NCBI GenBank assembly: GCA_963756195.1
Contig: CAVWMT010000006.1
Span: 82,206-146,205, forward strand
Origin: an uncultured Acidimicrobiaceae bacterium
GTDB taxonomy: Bacteria; Actinomycetota; Acidimicrobiia; Acidimicrobiales; RAAP-2
Direction: 5' to 3'
DNA: 64,000 bases
A program made the translations under genes and the position numbers. Below are positions 33,581-43,099 of this stretch, piece after piece (the first letter of the stretch is position 1; each line of letters begins with the position of its first letter). The notes beneath the pieces were generated by a model that was not told where the DNA came from, ran no database searches, and saw nothing but the letters and a program-made list of their open reading frames with translations.

Positions 33581-36500
33581 GTGGCCCCCTCTCCTTCCGA
33601 GCCGGCCGGTGGCGCGCCCCTTCGACCGGCGGAAGGAGCGGCCGCGCTACGCGGCGACCGCCCCGGAGGGTGCCCGCCGGTGCCGGAGCCGTTGCGCCTG
33701 GATGTCCCCGTCGGTCGACGGGTCATGGTGGTGAGCGATCTCCTCCTGACACCGGCCGCCACCGCGACGACGACGGCGGTGACCGCGGAACTGACCCGGG
33801 CCCTCGACACCTGGGAAGGCCCCGGCATCCTCATCATCGCCGGCAACCTGTTCGACCTGGACGGCGTGGACGACGCGTCGGGCTGGACGGAAGCGGCCCT
33901 CGACGCCCATCCGGCACTGGCCCCAGCGCTGCGAGAGTTCCTCGCCGGAGACGGCCGGCGGGTATTGCGCCAACTGGGTGACCGCGAGGCGGGCGCCAAG
34001 GACCGGACCGCCGGATGCGACCACCGGTCTGCGCTCACCGGCCTCGGCGTCGAGGCGGTCGGACCAATCGACCTCCACCTGCACACCGGCACGGGATCCC
34101 GGGTGGTTCGGGTCGAGCAAGGCGGATGCACTGGCCACTCGGACGCAACGTCGAGCAAAGCTCAGCCGCCCGTCGGCGCCGGGCCCAATGGCTCACCAGC
34201 CGGCGGTGGCTGGCGCGGCCTGCTCTCCCGTCCCGAGGAGGACGCCCCCTGGCTGGAGGGTGCCGACCGGCTGGCCGACCCGACGGCGTGTGCCCGCTTC
34301 GTCTCCTCCCGCATCCTCTACCGCCGGCTCGGCCGGCACGTCTGGTGGCTCTTCGTGCCCTTCGCCGCCGCACTGGTGGTGCGCATCGGGGTGACCCCCT
34401 GGCTGCTCGGCCGGGCTGGGACGGGGTTGCCCGGACGTGCCCTCCGCCATGCGCACGCGGCCGACCTCGGCGACCAGCTGGCCGTGGCCACCATCGTCGC
34501 CGTCGTCGTCTTCACCGTCCTGGCCGTTGTGCTGTGGCTGCTTAGCCGGCGCGCCTGGTCGGCGCTCGGAGGTGGCGCCCTGGATGCAGCAGGTGACGAG
34601 ACGGCGGCCAACGATGCCGCTCGTGACGTCGCCCGCCAGCTCGCCGACCAGGGCTACGCCGGGCTCGTGACCGCGGCCACCTTCGAGCCCGAGCTCACCC
34701 ACCTGGGCGTGGCCTTCTATGCCAACGTCGGTGCCAGTACCGAGGTGACCGAGGAGCACCGGGGCCGGCTGGGCCTGCCGCCCGTCTTCGTCGCCGCCCA
34801 GCAGGTCAGCTGGGTCGAGCTCGAGACCGGGGCCGAGCTGCACGTGCGTCTCATGCTGGGTCGCCGCCAGCTGCCCTCGCCGAGCCGGCTCGAGGCGCTC
34901 GCCACCCGCGGCCGCGTCCCCGGGACGCTTCGGCCGGAGCTCGTGGCCTCCCACCCGAGCGGGGAGTCGTGGCCTCCCGCCCCCGATCTGCGTCGGGCCC
35001 ACCGGCGCACGCGCCGGGTCCGGCGATGGGCAGCCGCGGCCATCCTTTTGGCCGGGGTCATCGACCTCCTCGACGCCGTGACCCCGCCCTTGCGAGGCCG
35101 GCTCCACCTCGTCCTCCAATACCTGCCGCTGCGGGCCACGGTGGCTGCCGGCGCCCTGGTGGCGGTGGCCGGTCTCGGGCTCATCGCCCTCGGCCGCGGC
35201 ATCCTGCGCGGCCAGCGGAGGGCATGGGTGGTGGCCGTCCCCCTCCTGTCAGGCACGGTCGTCCTCCATTTGATCGCCGGGGCCGACGTCGAGGAGTCGG
35301 TGATGGCTCTCCTCGTGCTCGCCCTCCTCGTGACCAACCGGCGCGAGTTCCGCTCGGCCTCCGACTGGTCGTCGCTGCGCACCGCCCTGGTGGCGCTGAT
35401 CGCCGGCTGGGTCGGCATCACACTGGCGACCGTCGCGTCCCTCGAGATCCTCGTCCACTTCCGCCACCATCACCCGCCCCCCTTCTGGTCGGCCGTGGTG
35501 GCGGTCAGCGAGCGGATGATCGGCATCCAGACCGTGGCCCTACCGGCACGGGCCAACCGCTTCCTCGCTCCGACCCTGCTCGCCATCGGGCTCACCGTCA
35601 TCGCCCTCACGCTGTTCCTCCTCACCCGGCCGGTGGTCGACCGGAGGCTGCGGGCGGGAAGGGCAGCCGAGCTGCGGGCCCGGGACATCGTCCGCCGGCA
35701 TGGGTCCTCCACCCTCGACTATTTCGCGTTGCGAGCCGACAAGCGGTGGTTCTTCCATCGCGATTCGGTGGTCGCCTACGCCGTCCACGGTGGCATCTGC
35801 CTGATCTCGCCGGACCCGATCGGCCCCCGCAGCGAGCGCAGTCAGGCCTGGGCGGCCTTCCGCCGCTACGCCGACAGTCACGGGTGGGTGACCGCGGTGA
35901 TGGGCTCGGGCGACGATTGGCTGCCCATCTACCGCGAGTGCGGCATGCACCACGTGTACCTCGGCGACGAGGCGGTGGTGCACGTGGGCAGGTTCACTCT
36001 GGCCGGTAAGGCAATGAAGAGTCTGCGCCAAGCCCATCACCGGGTCCTGCGCAACGGCTACACGGCATCGTTCTTCGACCCGTCCCGGCTCGATCGCCGA
36101 GCCGTCACCGAGCTCGCCCGCCTCATGGACCTGAGCCGGCAAGGCGAGCACGAGCGTGGATTCTCGATGATGCTCGGCCGCATCTTCGACCCGAGGGACA
36201 CCGGCCTGTTGCTCACCGTCGTGCGGTCACCCGACGGCCGGCCGGCAGCCATGTGCCAGTTCGTCCCCTCCCCGGGAATCAACGGGTTCTCCCTCGACCT
36301 CATGCGTCGGGACCCCGCCGACCATCCCAACGGGCTGCTCGACTTTGCCCTCTGCGAGACCATCGAGCACCTTCGTGACCGCGGCTACGACGGTCTCAGC
36401 CTCAACTTCGCCGCCATGCGGTCGACGCTGGCCGGCGAGCGTGGCGACGGCACAGTGCAACGGGCCGAGCGATGGCTGCTCAAGCGGATGTCCAACATGG

Positions 36501-36820
36501 CCCAGATCGAGTCTCTGTGGCGGTTCAACGCCAAGTACGAACCCGAGTGGCTTCCCCGCTACGTGGTCTTCGACACCCCCGAACACCTGGTGCCGGTGGT
36601 CATGGCCATCCTTCGCGCCGAGTCGATCTGGGAAGTGCCCGTCATCGGCCGATTCCTGGCGGCGAGCGCCGAGCGTCGCAATGCCGCCTCCCGGGGTGGG
36701 GTCGCAGAGCCCGAGGCCGCCGGACCCGGAGGGCCGGGAGAGCCGACCGACGGAGCGCCGTCGCCCGATGACCACGGGGGCGTTCCGGCTCCCGACAACG
36801 AGGTGGCCATCCGACCCTGA
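33581..36820 (+). CDS. Large membrane protein: degenerate metallophosphoesterase-like N-terminal region + polytopic TM region + C-terminal DUF2156 (MprF/LysX-type aminoacyl-phosphatidylglycerol synthase domain)
   Basis: Intact 1079 aa. The N-terminus has VMVVSDLLL and ILIIAGNLFDL, MPP-like motifs that lack the His/Asp. About 8-9 TM segments follow. The C-terminus reads STLDYFALRADKRWFFHRDSVVAYAVHGGICLISPDPIG ... RGFSMMLGRIFDP ... GFSLDLMRRDP ... GLSLNFAAMRS ... LWRFNAKYEPEW. Confidence 0.75.
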   Translation: MAPSPSEPAGGAPLRPAEGAAALRGDRPGGCPPVPEPLRLDVPVGRRVMVVSDLLLTPAATATTTAVTAELTRALDTWEGPGILIIAGNLFDLDGVDDASGWTEAALDAHPALAPALREFLAGDGRRVLRQLGDREAGAKDRTAGCDHRSALTGLGVEAVGPIDLHLHTGTGSRVVRVEQGGCTGHSDATSSKAQPPVGAGPNGSPAGGGWRGLLSRPEEDAPWLEGADRLADPTACARFVSSRILYRRLGRHVWWLFVPFAAALVVRIGVTPWLLGRAGTGLPGRALRHAHAADLGDQLAVATIVAVVVFTVLAVVLWLLSRRAWSALGGGALDAAGDETAANDAARDVARQLADQGYAGLVTAATFEPELTHLGVAFYANVGASTEVTEEHRGRLGLPPVFVAAQQVSWVELETGAELHVRLMLGRRQLPSPSRLEALATRGRVPGTLRPELVASHPSGESWPPAPDLRRAHRRTRRVRRWAAAAILLAGVIDLLDAVTPPLRGRLHLVLQYLPLRATVAAGALVAVAGLGLIALGRGILRGQRRAWVVAVPLLSGTVVLHLIAGADVEESVMALLVLALLVTNRREFRSASDWSSLRTALVALIAGWVGITLATVASLEILVHFRHHHPPPFWSAVVAVSERMIGIQTVALPARANRFLAPTLLAIGLTVIALTLFLLTRPVVDRRLRAGRAAELRARDIVRRHGSSTLDYFALRADKRWFFHRDSVVAYAVHGGICLISPDPIGPRSERSQAWAAFRRYADSHGWVTAVMGSGDDWLPIYRECGMHHVYLGDEAVVHVGRFTLAGKAMKSLRQAHHRVLRNGYTASFFDPSRLDRRAVTELARLMDLSRQGEHERGFSMMLGRIFDPRDTGLLLTVVRSPDGRPAAMCQFVPSPGINGFSLDLMRRDPADHPNGLLDFALCETIEHLRDRGYDGLSLNFAAMRSTLAGERGDGTVQRAERWLLKRMSNMAQIESLWRFNAKYEPEWLPRYVVFDTPEHLVPVVMAILRAESIWEVPVIGRFLAASAERRNAASRGGVAEPEAAGPGGPGEPTDGAPSPDDHGGVPAPDNEVAIRP

Positions 36821-37092
36821 TCCCGACGGATCAGCATCGGCGGTGCCCTTCACTCCCCCGCTGGCGCGACGGCTGCTCGAGGCCATCGGTCAGGCCCTGC
36901 CACCCGAGTAGCGGCGGCAGCCCGATTCGCGATAACACCAGCATGTCCTCACGCCTCAATTTGGAAGATCAACTCTCGCGCCGAGGACTGGGCCCTGTTC
37001 TCCCGAGACGTGAGCGAGCAAAGAGTCGGACTTTCCGGGGCTCCGTAAACGCCAGATCTCTTTCCTTGGCGCCTTTGAGTCGAACGAGATGA

Positions 37093-37509
37093 CTAGAGCC
37101 GCTCCTGGAGCTCAGAGGTGATCCGCCGAGCCTTCGCACAGGTCAGGGGTCCGATTCGTACTAGCTCTTGCCCCCGTTTGGTATCGACGATGACGTCGGA
37201 GTAGCACGCCAGCCACCGCCGCACGTAGGAGACATCATGAACCCGAGGAAGCGGGATCGAGCGCTCTCTTCGATTGAACATCCCACTACCGAGGAGCAGC
37301 CTCCGATCGGTGAGGACCGAAGTATTGCGTTTACGCCAGAGGCCGTACAGCCCCAAACTTACAAGATATCTCGGCAACCGGGCCACCCGCGACGGCGTGA
37401 CAATGATGGCGACGGACTCGCCGGGATGAAGGTGGGGCTGGGACGATCGCTTCTTCCGATCTCTCTTTGGTTCTGGACCCCGTCGTCGTGCCATCTGATC
37501 TCCCTTCAT
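37093..37509 (-). CDS. Bacterial PH-domain (bPH_2 / YdbS-like) protein
   Basis: 138 aa: basic N-terminus, hairpin TM (LPRYLVSLGLYGLWRK), then VLTDRRLLLGSGMFNRRERSIPLPRVHDVSYVRRW. It sits in the lower-GC stretch. Confidence 0.55.
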   Translation of the reverse strand: MKGDQMARRRGPEPKRDRKKRSSQPHLHPGESVAIIVTPSRVARLPRYLVSLGLYGLWRKRNTSVLTDRRLLLGSGMFNRRERSIPLPRVHDVSYVRRWLACYSDVIVDTKRGQELVRIGPLTCAKARRITSELQERL

Positions 37510-37530
37510 TGAACTGTGACTCAGCCGGTT

Positions 37531-37839
37531 TCAGTTCGCGTTCTCTGAGCTTTTACCGACATCTCCAACTCCCAAGCACACTGGCTGTACCAAAGACCGA
37601 CTAGTGCTCCGCACCGCTCGTTCTAGCACCAGCGACCCGAACCGTCCCGGGGCACGTCTTCGGCCAGCCGGCCCAGCCCATGACTCCCGAGATGATCTCT
37701 TGGTGATGCGGATCTCAATGAAGCGATCGGTCCCAGCGTGAGTTCCCACCGCATCGGCGAGGGCAGCTCGAGCCTCATCTGGCAGATCGCTTGTTTTGGC
37801 CGCCTTTCTGCCAGACCGCGTCAGCTCCCGTCTCGGCAA
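37531..37839 (-). CDS. Hypothetical protein (weak call)
   Basis: 102-aa ORF between yihY and the bPH gene on the same strand. I recognised no family and the composition is only moderately protein-like. Confidence 0.25.
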   Translation of the reverse strand: MPRRELTRSGRKAAKTSDLPDEARAALADAVGTHAGTDRFIEIRITKRSSRESWAGPAGRRRAPGRFGSLVLERAVRSTSRSLVQPVCLGVGDVGKSSENAN

Positions 37840-38711
37840 GTCGAGGCAAACAATCGCTTGAGGCCGCCCATCACCGACAGCTGCCGTTCACGCCAGACCA
37901 TGCCCACGACCGCTCCCAGGATGATCACGACCCCGATGGCGATGAACCACGACATGAGAGCGAACACCACACCGACCGGTCCGTACTTCTTGTCGTCGGA
38001 GATGATCTCGTTGGAGAAGATCAGGGAGAACACAGCCTCCATGCCCACCCAGAACACACCTGTCGCCACGGCGGCGGGTACGAGGTCGCGCCAGTGAACC
38101 CGGCCGGCCAGGAGGAACCACATGGTGAACCAGAAAAAGAGGGTCGTTCCGACGAATCCGAGTGCGCCGAGGAGCACGGGTCCGCCGGCACGGCGGAGAG
38201 ATGGTCCCGACCAGCCCGCTAGGAACGACGCACCGATCAGGATCGCCAGCCATGCCAGTCGGCGCACGAAATCCTTCATTCCCCGGCTCCCGACCTCGTA
38301 GGCGTTTTCGTAGAGGCCCTGGACCGCAGTCGCGGCGGCCACGCCACCGAGAATGAAGAACACGTAGCTCGCCCCCGTCACCTGGCTGGACGTTGCCGAC
38401 GTCGACGCGAACACGTGGCCCACATCGGTGGCGGCCTGATGGTTGAGTCCCAGGCGCCGCACCAGCCCACTCACGGTTCCTCGCCCGGTCAGGGCGTTCA
38501 CCACGATAATGAAGGGGAAGAAGCACAAGAGGAGCATGCCGGCGAACAACATGCCGCGGTTGATGAAGTCCATGGCGTTGAGCCGGTTCCAGACATGCTC
38601 CGCCGACGTCCCGCGGTACCGATGGTCGACGGCTTCTGTGGCCCGCTGCACTCTGCCTCCGAGCGCCGAGCGCGCACGCTCGGCGTCCCGTGTCTCGGGA
38701 GGCGATCCCAC
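37821..38711 (-). CDS. YihY/BrkB-family membrane protein
   Basis: 296 aa: DFINRGMLFAGMLLLCFFPFIIVV, the typical 6-TM layout, and C-terminal YGPVGVVFALMSWFIAIGVVIILGAVV. Confidence 0.75.
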   Translation of the reverse strand: MGSPPETRDAERARSALGGRVQRATEAVDHRYRGTSAEHVWNRLNAMDFINRGMLFAGMLLLCFFPFIIVVNALTGRGTVSGLVRRLGLNHQAATDVGHVFASTSATSSQVTGASYVFFILGGVAAATAVQGLYENAYEVGSRGMKDFVRRLAWLAILIGASFLAGWSGPSLRRAGGPVLLGALGFVGTTLFFWFTMWFLLAGRVHWRDLVPAAVATGVFWVGMEAVFSLIFSNEIISDDKKYGPVGVVFALMSWFIAIGVVIILGAVVGMVWRERQLSVMGGLKRLFASTCRDGS

Positions 38712-38867
38712 CGGGACAGCATAGGTCTGAGACGCGCGTCGGAGCCTGGCCGACGTCCCTCATTCGAGCGCTCGGGTCGTCGAATTCATTCGTGGCGATT
38801 AAGTCGGCGACCGCAACGGTGCCGCCGCCCTGACAGTCATCCTCCATGGTGATTGATCCCGCCCCGG

Positions 38868-40355
38868 CTACCCCGTGTCCGCCGCCCGAGATGGGATCGC
38901 CGTCGGCGCCGCCGATGCCGTCGATGCCGTCGATGCCGTGACGGACTCCTCGGCCGACCTCGGGGGCAACATCGGAGCCAGCCTCGCCGAGATCACATAG
39001 GCCATCACCACGGCCACGATCACAAGCGGCAAGAGGGCGGCGCTGTCGGCGGAGAGGAATACGGCCACGATCAACACGCTGGTGAGAGGCAACCCGAGCA
39101 TCACGACGGTCATCGCCCCCATGCCCATGGCCGCACCAGCGATCATCGGGAGTCCCGGACCGTGGGCGAGGGCGATCCCCCCGGCGGCCCCGATGAACAT
39201 CCCGGGGAAGGTCGGACCTCCTCGGAAGCTGCTGAGCGACATCCCGTAGGCGAGGCCCTTGCAGGCGACGAGGAGCACGAGGGCGCCGACCGACCACGTC
39301 GCCGAATGCTGGATGAGCGGAGGGAGCGAGGACTGTCCCGGAGAAAAGCATCTCGTTCGAGGATTTACCTGAGCCCTCGGCGAAGGCGACGGCAAGCCCG
39401 CCGATGGCCAACCCGAGCGCCGGCATGAGCATCACCATTCTCGGCTGGACCACGGGCCGGAGGAAGAGGCCGACCCAGCGGATGGCCGTTCCGACCACGG
39501 CTGCGGCGACCCCGATGGCGAGGGCCCACAGGAATTCCTCCCCGTCGGGCGAGCCAACGTGGGGAATCGGTGAGACGGCCAGCGTGAAGGTGCCGAAACC
39601 CACCCACGCGTCGAGACCGACGAAGATGAGCGACCCGATGCCGGCGGCGAGCAGGCCGGGGACGAGGATGATGCTCAACAGCCCTCCCCCGAGGCCCGAC
39701 GCCTCCATGAGGAGGAAGGCGGCGACGAGCGGGGACCCGAGGATGACGGCGATGGCGGCGAAGCTGCCGGCCGCTCCGATCACGGTGGCGGCCATGGCCG
39801 GCGCGTCACGTCTCACCAAGTGGAGGAAGAGCACCCCGAGACCGCTCCCGATGGCGATGAGCGGTGCTTCGGGCCCGAGGACAGCGCCCAAGCAGAGCGT
39901 GGCCAGCGCCGCGACCAGGATGCCGGGCAGCTCGATGGCAGGGACGACACCGGCCGGCTTGAACCCGTCGGCCGGCGAGTGCCCCGCCGTCCCCGGAGGT
40001 ACCGGATGGCGAGGGCCACGAGTAGGCCGCTAACGAAGAGCGGAAGGAGTGGCCACCAGACGGGCTCGCCCTCGAATCCGAGGTGCCGGGGCAGGTCGGT
40101 GAAGAAGAACTGGTTCCCTTCGTTGACGGTCTTCAGGAAGAAGTAGGAGAAGATGGCGACCGGGACACCGATGACTGCCCCGAAGACGAGGAAGACGACG
40201 TACTTCGGATCTCGCAGGAGTGCGGCCGGGTCCATCGGTGCCGCCGGCGATGATGGACCGCCGGCGGTCCCGTCGGTCATTTCGGTGCGCTCACGGGGGG
40301 GCCACTGGTCCGAGCGTGCCGAGGTGCCATCCCATACGACGGTCGTGGAAGACAT
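38868..40355 (-). pseudogene. ClC-family chloride channel/antiporter, two frame shifts
   Basis: GAVLGPEAPLIAIGSGLG (GxEGP-type motif) is in ORF 37888..39891. GGPTFPGMFIGAAGG (GxFxP motif) is in ORF 38868..39395. The N-terminal TM segments are in ORF 39813..40355. Shifts lie near 39997-40003 (C/G runs) and near 39340. The start is uncertain. A 9-bp x3 repeat (TASTASTAS) lies near 38915-38945. Confidence 0.8.
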
Positions 40356-40481
40356 GGTGCGTGGCCCCGAATTGCGTCGGATCGGGGCCGACGGCCGCTC
40401 CCATGCCCGTACTCGCGACTCGAACCGACGAGTCGAGCTCCACGGTGCGGTCCGAGCCCCGTGTGCACCGCCATGGCGTGG

Positions 40482-42312
40482 TCACGCTAACCGATGGGCT
40501 TTTCCGTTGCGTCGTCTGGCCACTCTGTTGGCCCCTCGCCTGCCGGAATGGTTCCGACTCACGGGTGTACCCCGCCTGCTCCCGCCGGGGCCGACCACAT
40601 TCATGCCGTTGTCGGCGAGCCGTTCGGGCCCATCCGGCTTGGCCAGTGACAGCCGGGGCAGGAGCCCGGTGCAGAAAAGGGCGGCCAGGGTCACGAGGAC
40701 AACGACCCAGAGCGAAGTGCGAAGTCCGTAGAGCCGAGCCGATGCATTCTCGGCCACGATGGCGTCCTGGGCCTCCGGCGGGAGGTCGGTGGAAGCCAGC
40801 GCCGAGCGTAACTGGGTGTCCGAGACGAACGGGACACCACCTTCGAACTGCACCGTCGCCTTGGCGGTCACGGCCGGCGGTATGGCGGGGTTGTTCGAGA
40901 CCCCCTGCACCAGTCCGGACGTCAGGCTGCCGATGAGCACGGCGCCCACGAGGGCCGTGCCCAGGGAGGCACCGAAGTTGGTGAAGGTGTTCTGGAGCCC
41001 GCCGACCTCTGCGCTCTGACTCTCCGGGGCACCCGAGACGGTGATGGCACCGAGCTGGGAGGCGAGCGCCCCGATGCCCAGGCCCACCAGGGCCATGGGA
41101 ATGAGCACGATGCCGGCGTTGGCCGCCGGGTCGAGACCACCCACCAGCACCAGCGTGCCAGCCAGGATGGAAAGAAGGCCGACCCGGACCACCAGCCGAG
41201 GCGAGGCGCTCGGCGCCAAGCGGGGGATCAGGACAGCGGCAAGGAGAAGGGTCACCGACAGGGGCAAGATCCGGACACCGGTCTGGACCGCACTGAGCTC
41301 GAGCACAACCGAGAGGAACAAGGGGACGGTGAAGAAGAGGCCCGACTGGATCATGAACTGGAAGAAGAAGGCGACGAGGCCACCCGTCAATCGAATGGAG
41401 CGGAACATGCGAGGGTCGGAAGAGGGGTTCTCCTCCCCGACTCTCCAGTCGGCCTTCCCAGAGGACCAGCGACCCGATCACCAGGAGGCCGCCAACGAAC
41501 ATCCAGGTGACGACCGATACCCCCAAGAGGGTGGGGGCGCCGGGCTTGGCTCGGACGAATCCCCACACCCCCGAGCGCAGCAACCCGAAAACCGTGAGCG
41601 AGAGCCCGACCACTGACAGACCGGCGCCCACCACATCGAAGGCCACCCGCTGGTGCGGGGTCTCGCGCAACCTCCGCAGGAATCCGAGGATGACGAAGCA
41701 CGATCACCACTTCCCCGGCGAAAACCCATCGCCAGGACGCGAAGGTGGTCACGGCGCCACCGATCAACGGCCCGGCGGCAACCCCGATGGCGCCCGGCGG
41801 CGGCGATGAGACCGTAAGCGGTCGAGCGCCGCTCGCTGGGGAAGTTGCCGGCGACTGAGCGCGACGACGGCCGGCATGATAAGTGCCGCCCCTAATCCCT
41901 CGAGACCCGACCAGCCGATCAGGAGCACGGTCAGGTTGGGAGAGACGGCGGTGACGAGCGAACCGCTCCCGTACACGACGAGGCCGAGCCCCAGTGCCCG
42001 CCGCCGACCGAGGATGGCGCCCACCTTCCCGCCGGTGATCATGAGCGCCGCCATGACCAACGTGTAGAGGGTGATGGCCGTCTGGATGCCCGTCACCGAC
42101 GTGCCGAGGTCGTCTGCGACTGACTTGATCGAGACGTTCATGACCGATGAGTCCAACGTCATCAGGAACTGGCAAGCGGCGAGCAGGATGAGCGACCGTG
42201 CTTGCGCCCGTCGTCGTCGCCCTCGGCGAGGTGGATCCTGGACCGGGCCCGAGCGGTCGGGGGCCAGGCTCACTGCTGTGGACGCTCGGTCGTCGGTCGG
42301 GGCATCGACCAT
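40482..42312 (-). pseudogene. MFS transporter (DHA2, 14-TMS EmrB/QacA-like), at least 3 frame shifts
   Basis: SLILLAACQFLMTLDSSVMNVSI...LMITGGKVGAILGRRRA is in ORF 41764..42456. GAIGVAAGPLIGGAVTTFASWRWVF is in ORF 41387..43042. The middle TM segments are in ORF 40291..41670. The last 6 TM segments are in ORF 40482..41408. Confidence 0.8.
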
Positions 42313-42445
42313 GATGGGGACCATAACCCTGGGTGGCTTCCGGACGCTGGCCGAACACCGGTCCGTTCGGTCGAAAGCAGTGGAAGGCAGTAGATTGTGG
42401 GACGTCCGGGCTTCGGCTCGGGGATAACTGAGCGAGGAGATCGAC

Positions 42446-42607
42446 ATGGCCTTCATCCTCGGTGCGATCTACTTCGTACTGCTCATCACGCTCGGGATCA
42501 TCTCGATCCGAAAAGGCCACTGGATGATGTTCATCATCGGTCTCTTCGTCCCCCTCTTTTGGATCATCGGGGCGTTGATGCCGAGCCGGGACCGGATGGC
42601 TCGTTAG
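42446..42607 (+). CDS. Small 2-TM membrane protein (53 aa), absent from the ORF track
   Basis: ATG 42446 is 6 nt after gaggag. The protein reads MAFILGAIYFVLLITLGIISIRKGHWMMFIIGLFVPLFWIIGALMPSRDRMAR-stop. Third codon positions are mostly G/C. Confidence 0.5.
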   Translation: MAFILGAIYFVLLITLGIISIRKGHWMMFIIGLFVPLFWIIGALMPSRDRMAR

Positions 42608-42709
42608 CTGCGTGGCGCTGCAAATGACGACCAGAGTGGTTGCCATCCAGCGGACATCAGCTGACCGGGGAGTGCTCGGGGCCGAGTGGCCGCGGGAAGG
42701 GAGAACGCC

Positions 42710-43099
42710 ATGGTCGATCCGACTCCGCAGGACCCGAGGGTCCGGAAGCGCCGACTGAGCGGTGGGGCGATCGCATCGCTCGGCGGTACCGGCCTCCTGG
42801 TCATCTTCATCGTCCAGAACACCGAGAAGGTGCGCTTGCACTTTTTGGTTTGGACATTCACTTGGCCACTGTGGCTCTACACCATCGTGACCGCTGTCTT
42901 CGGGGCGATCGTGTGGCTCGGGCTCGGAGTCATGCGTCGCCACCGCCGGCGCAAAGAGCGACGTGAGATGCGCCGAAAGGGGCTGAAGTCGGATGGCGTG
43001 AGGCAGGAGCGCCGCCCGCCGGTCCTGCGACGGGGCGCTCAAACGCCGCTCACCGCCTCCATGCGCCCTCCGGCGATGGCATCGACCAGCGCCTGGTGA
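42710..43099 (+). CDS. LapA/DUF1049-like small membrane protein (copy a)
   Basis: ATG 42710 follows gggaagggag. The core is LLVIFIVQNTEKVRLHFLVWTFTWPLWLYTIVTAVFGAIVWLGLG, then a basic tail. The 3' 61 nt overlap the convergent DUF2252 gene. Confidence 0.6.
   Translation: MVDPTPQDPRVRKRRLSGGAIASLGGTGLLVIFIVQNTEKVRLHFLVWTFTWPLWLYTIVTAVFGAIVWLGLGVMRRHRRRKERREMRRKGLKSDGVRQERRPPVLRRGAQTPLTASMRPPAMASTSAW

Noticed and set aside
40356-40481. Fluoride (crcB-motif) riboswitch upstream of the ClC gene.
   Set aside because: I found no ggcgatgg.gttcgcc-type core or the downstream tgatga...cctac element on the minus strand. I cannot assign the ClC to the fluoride-specific clade from sequence alone.
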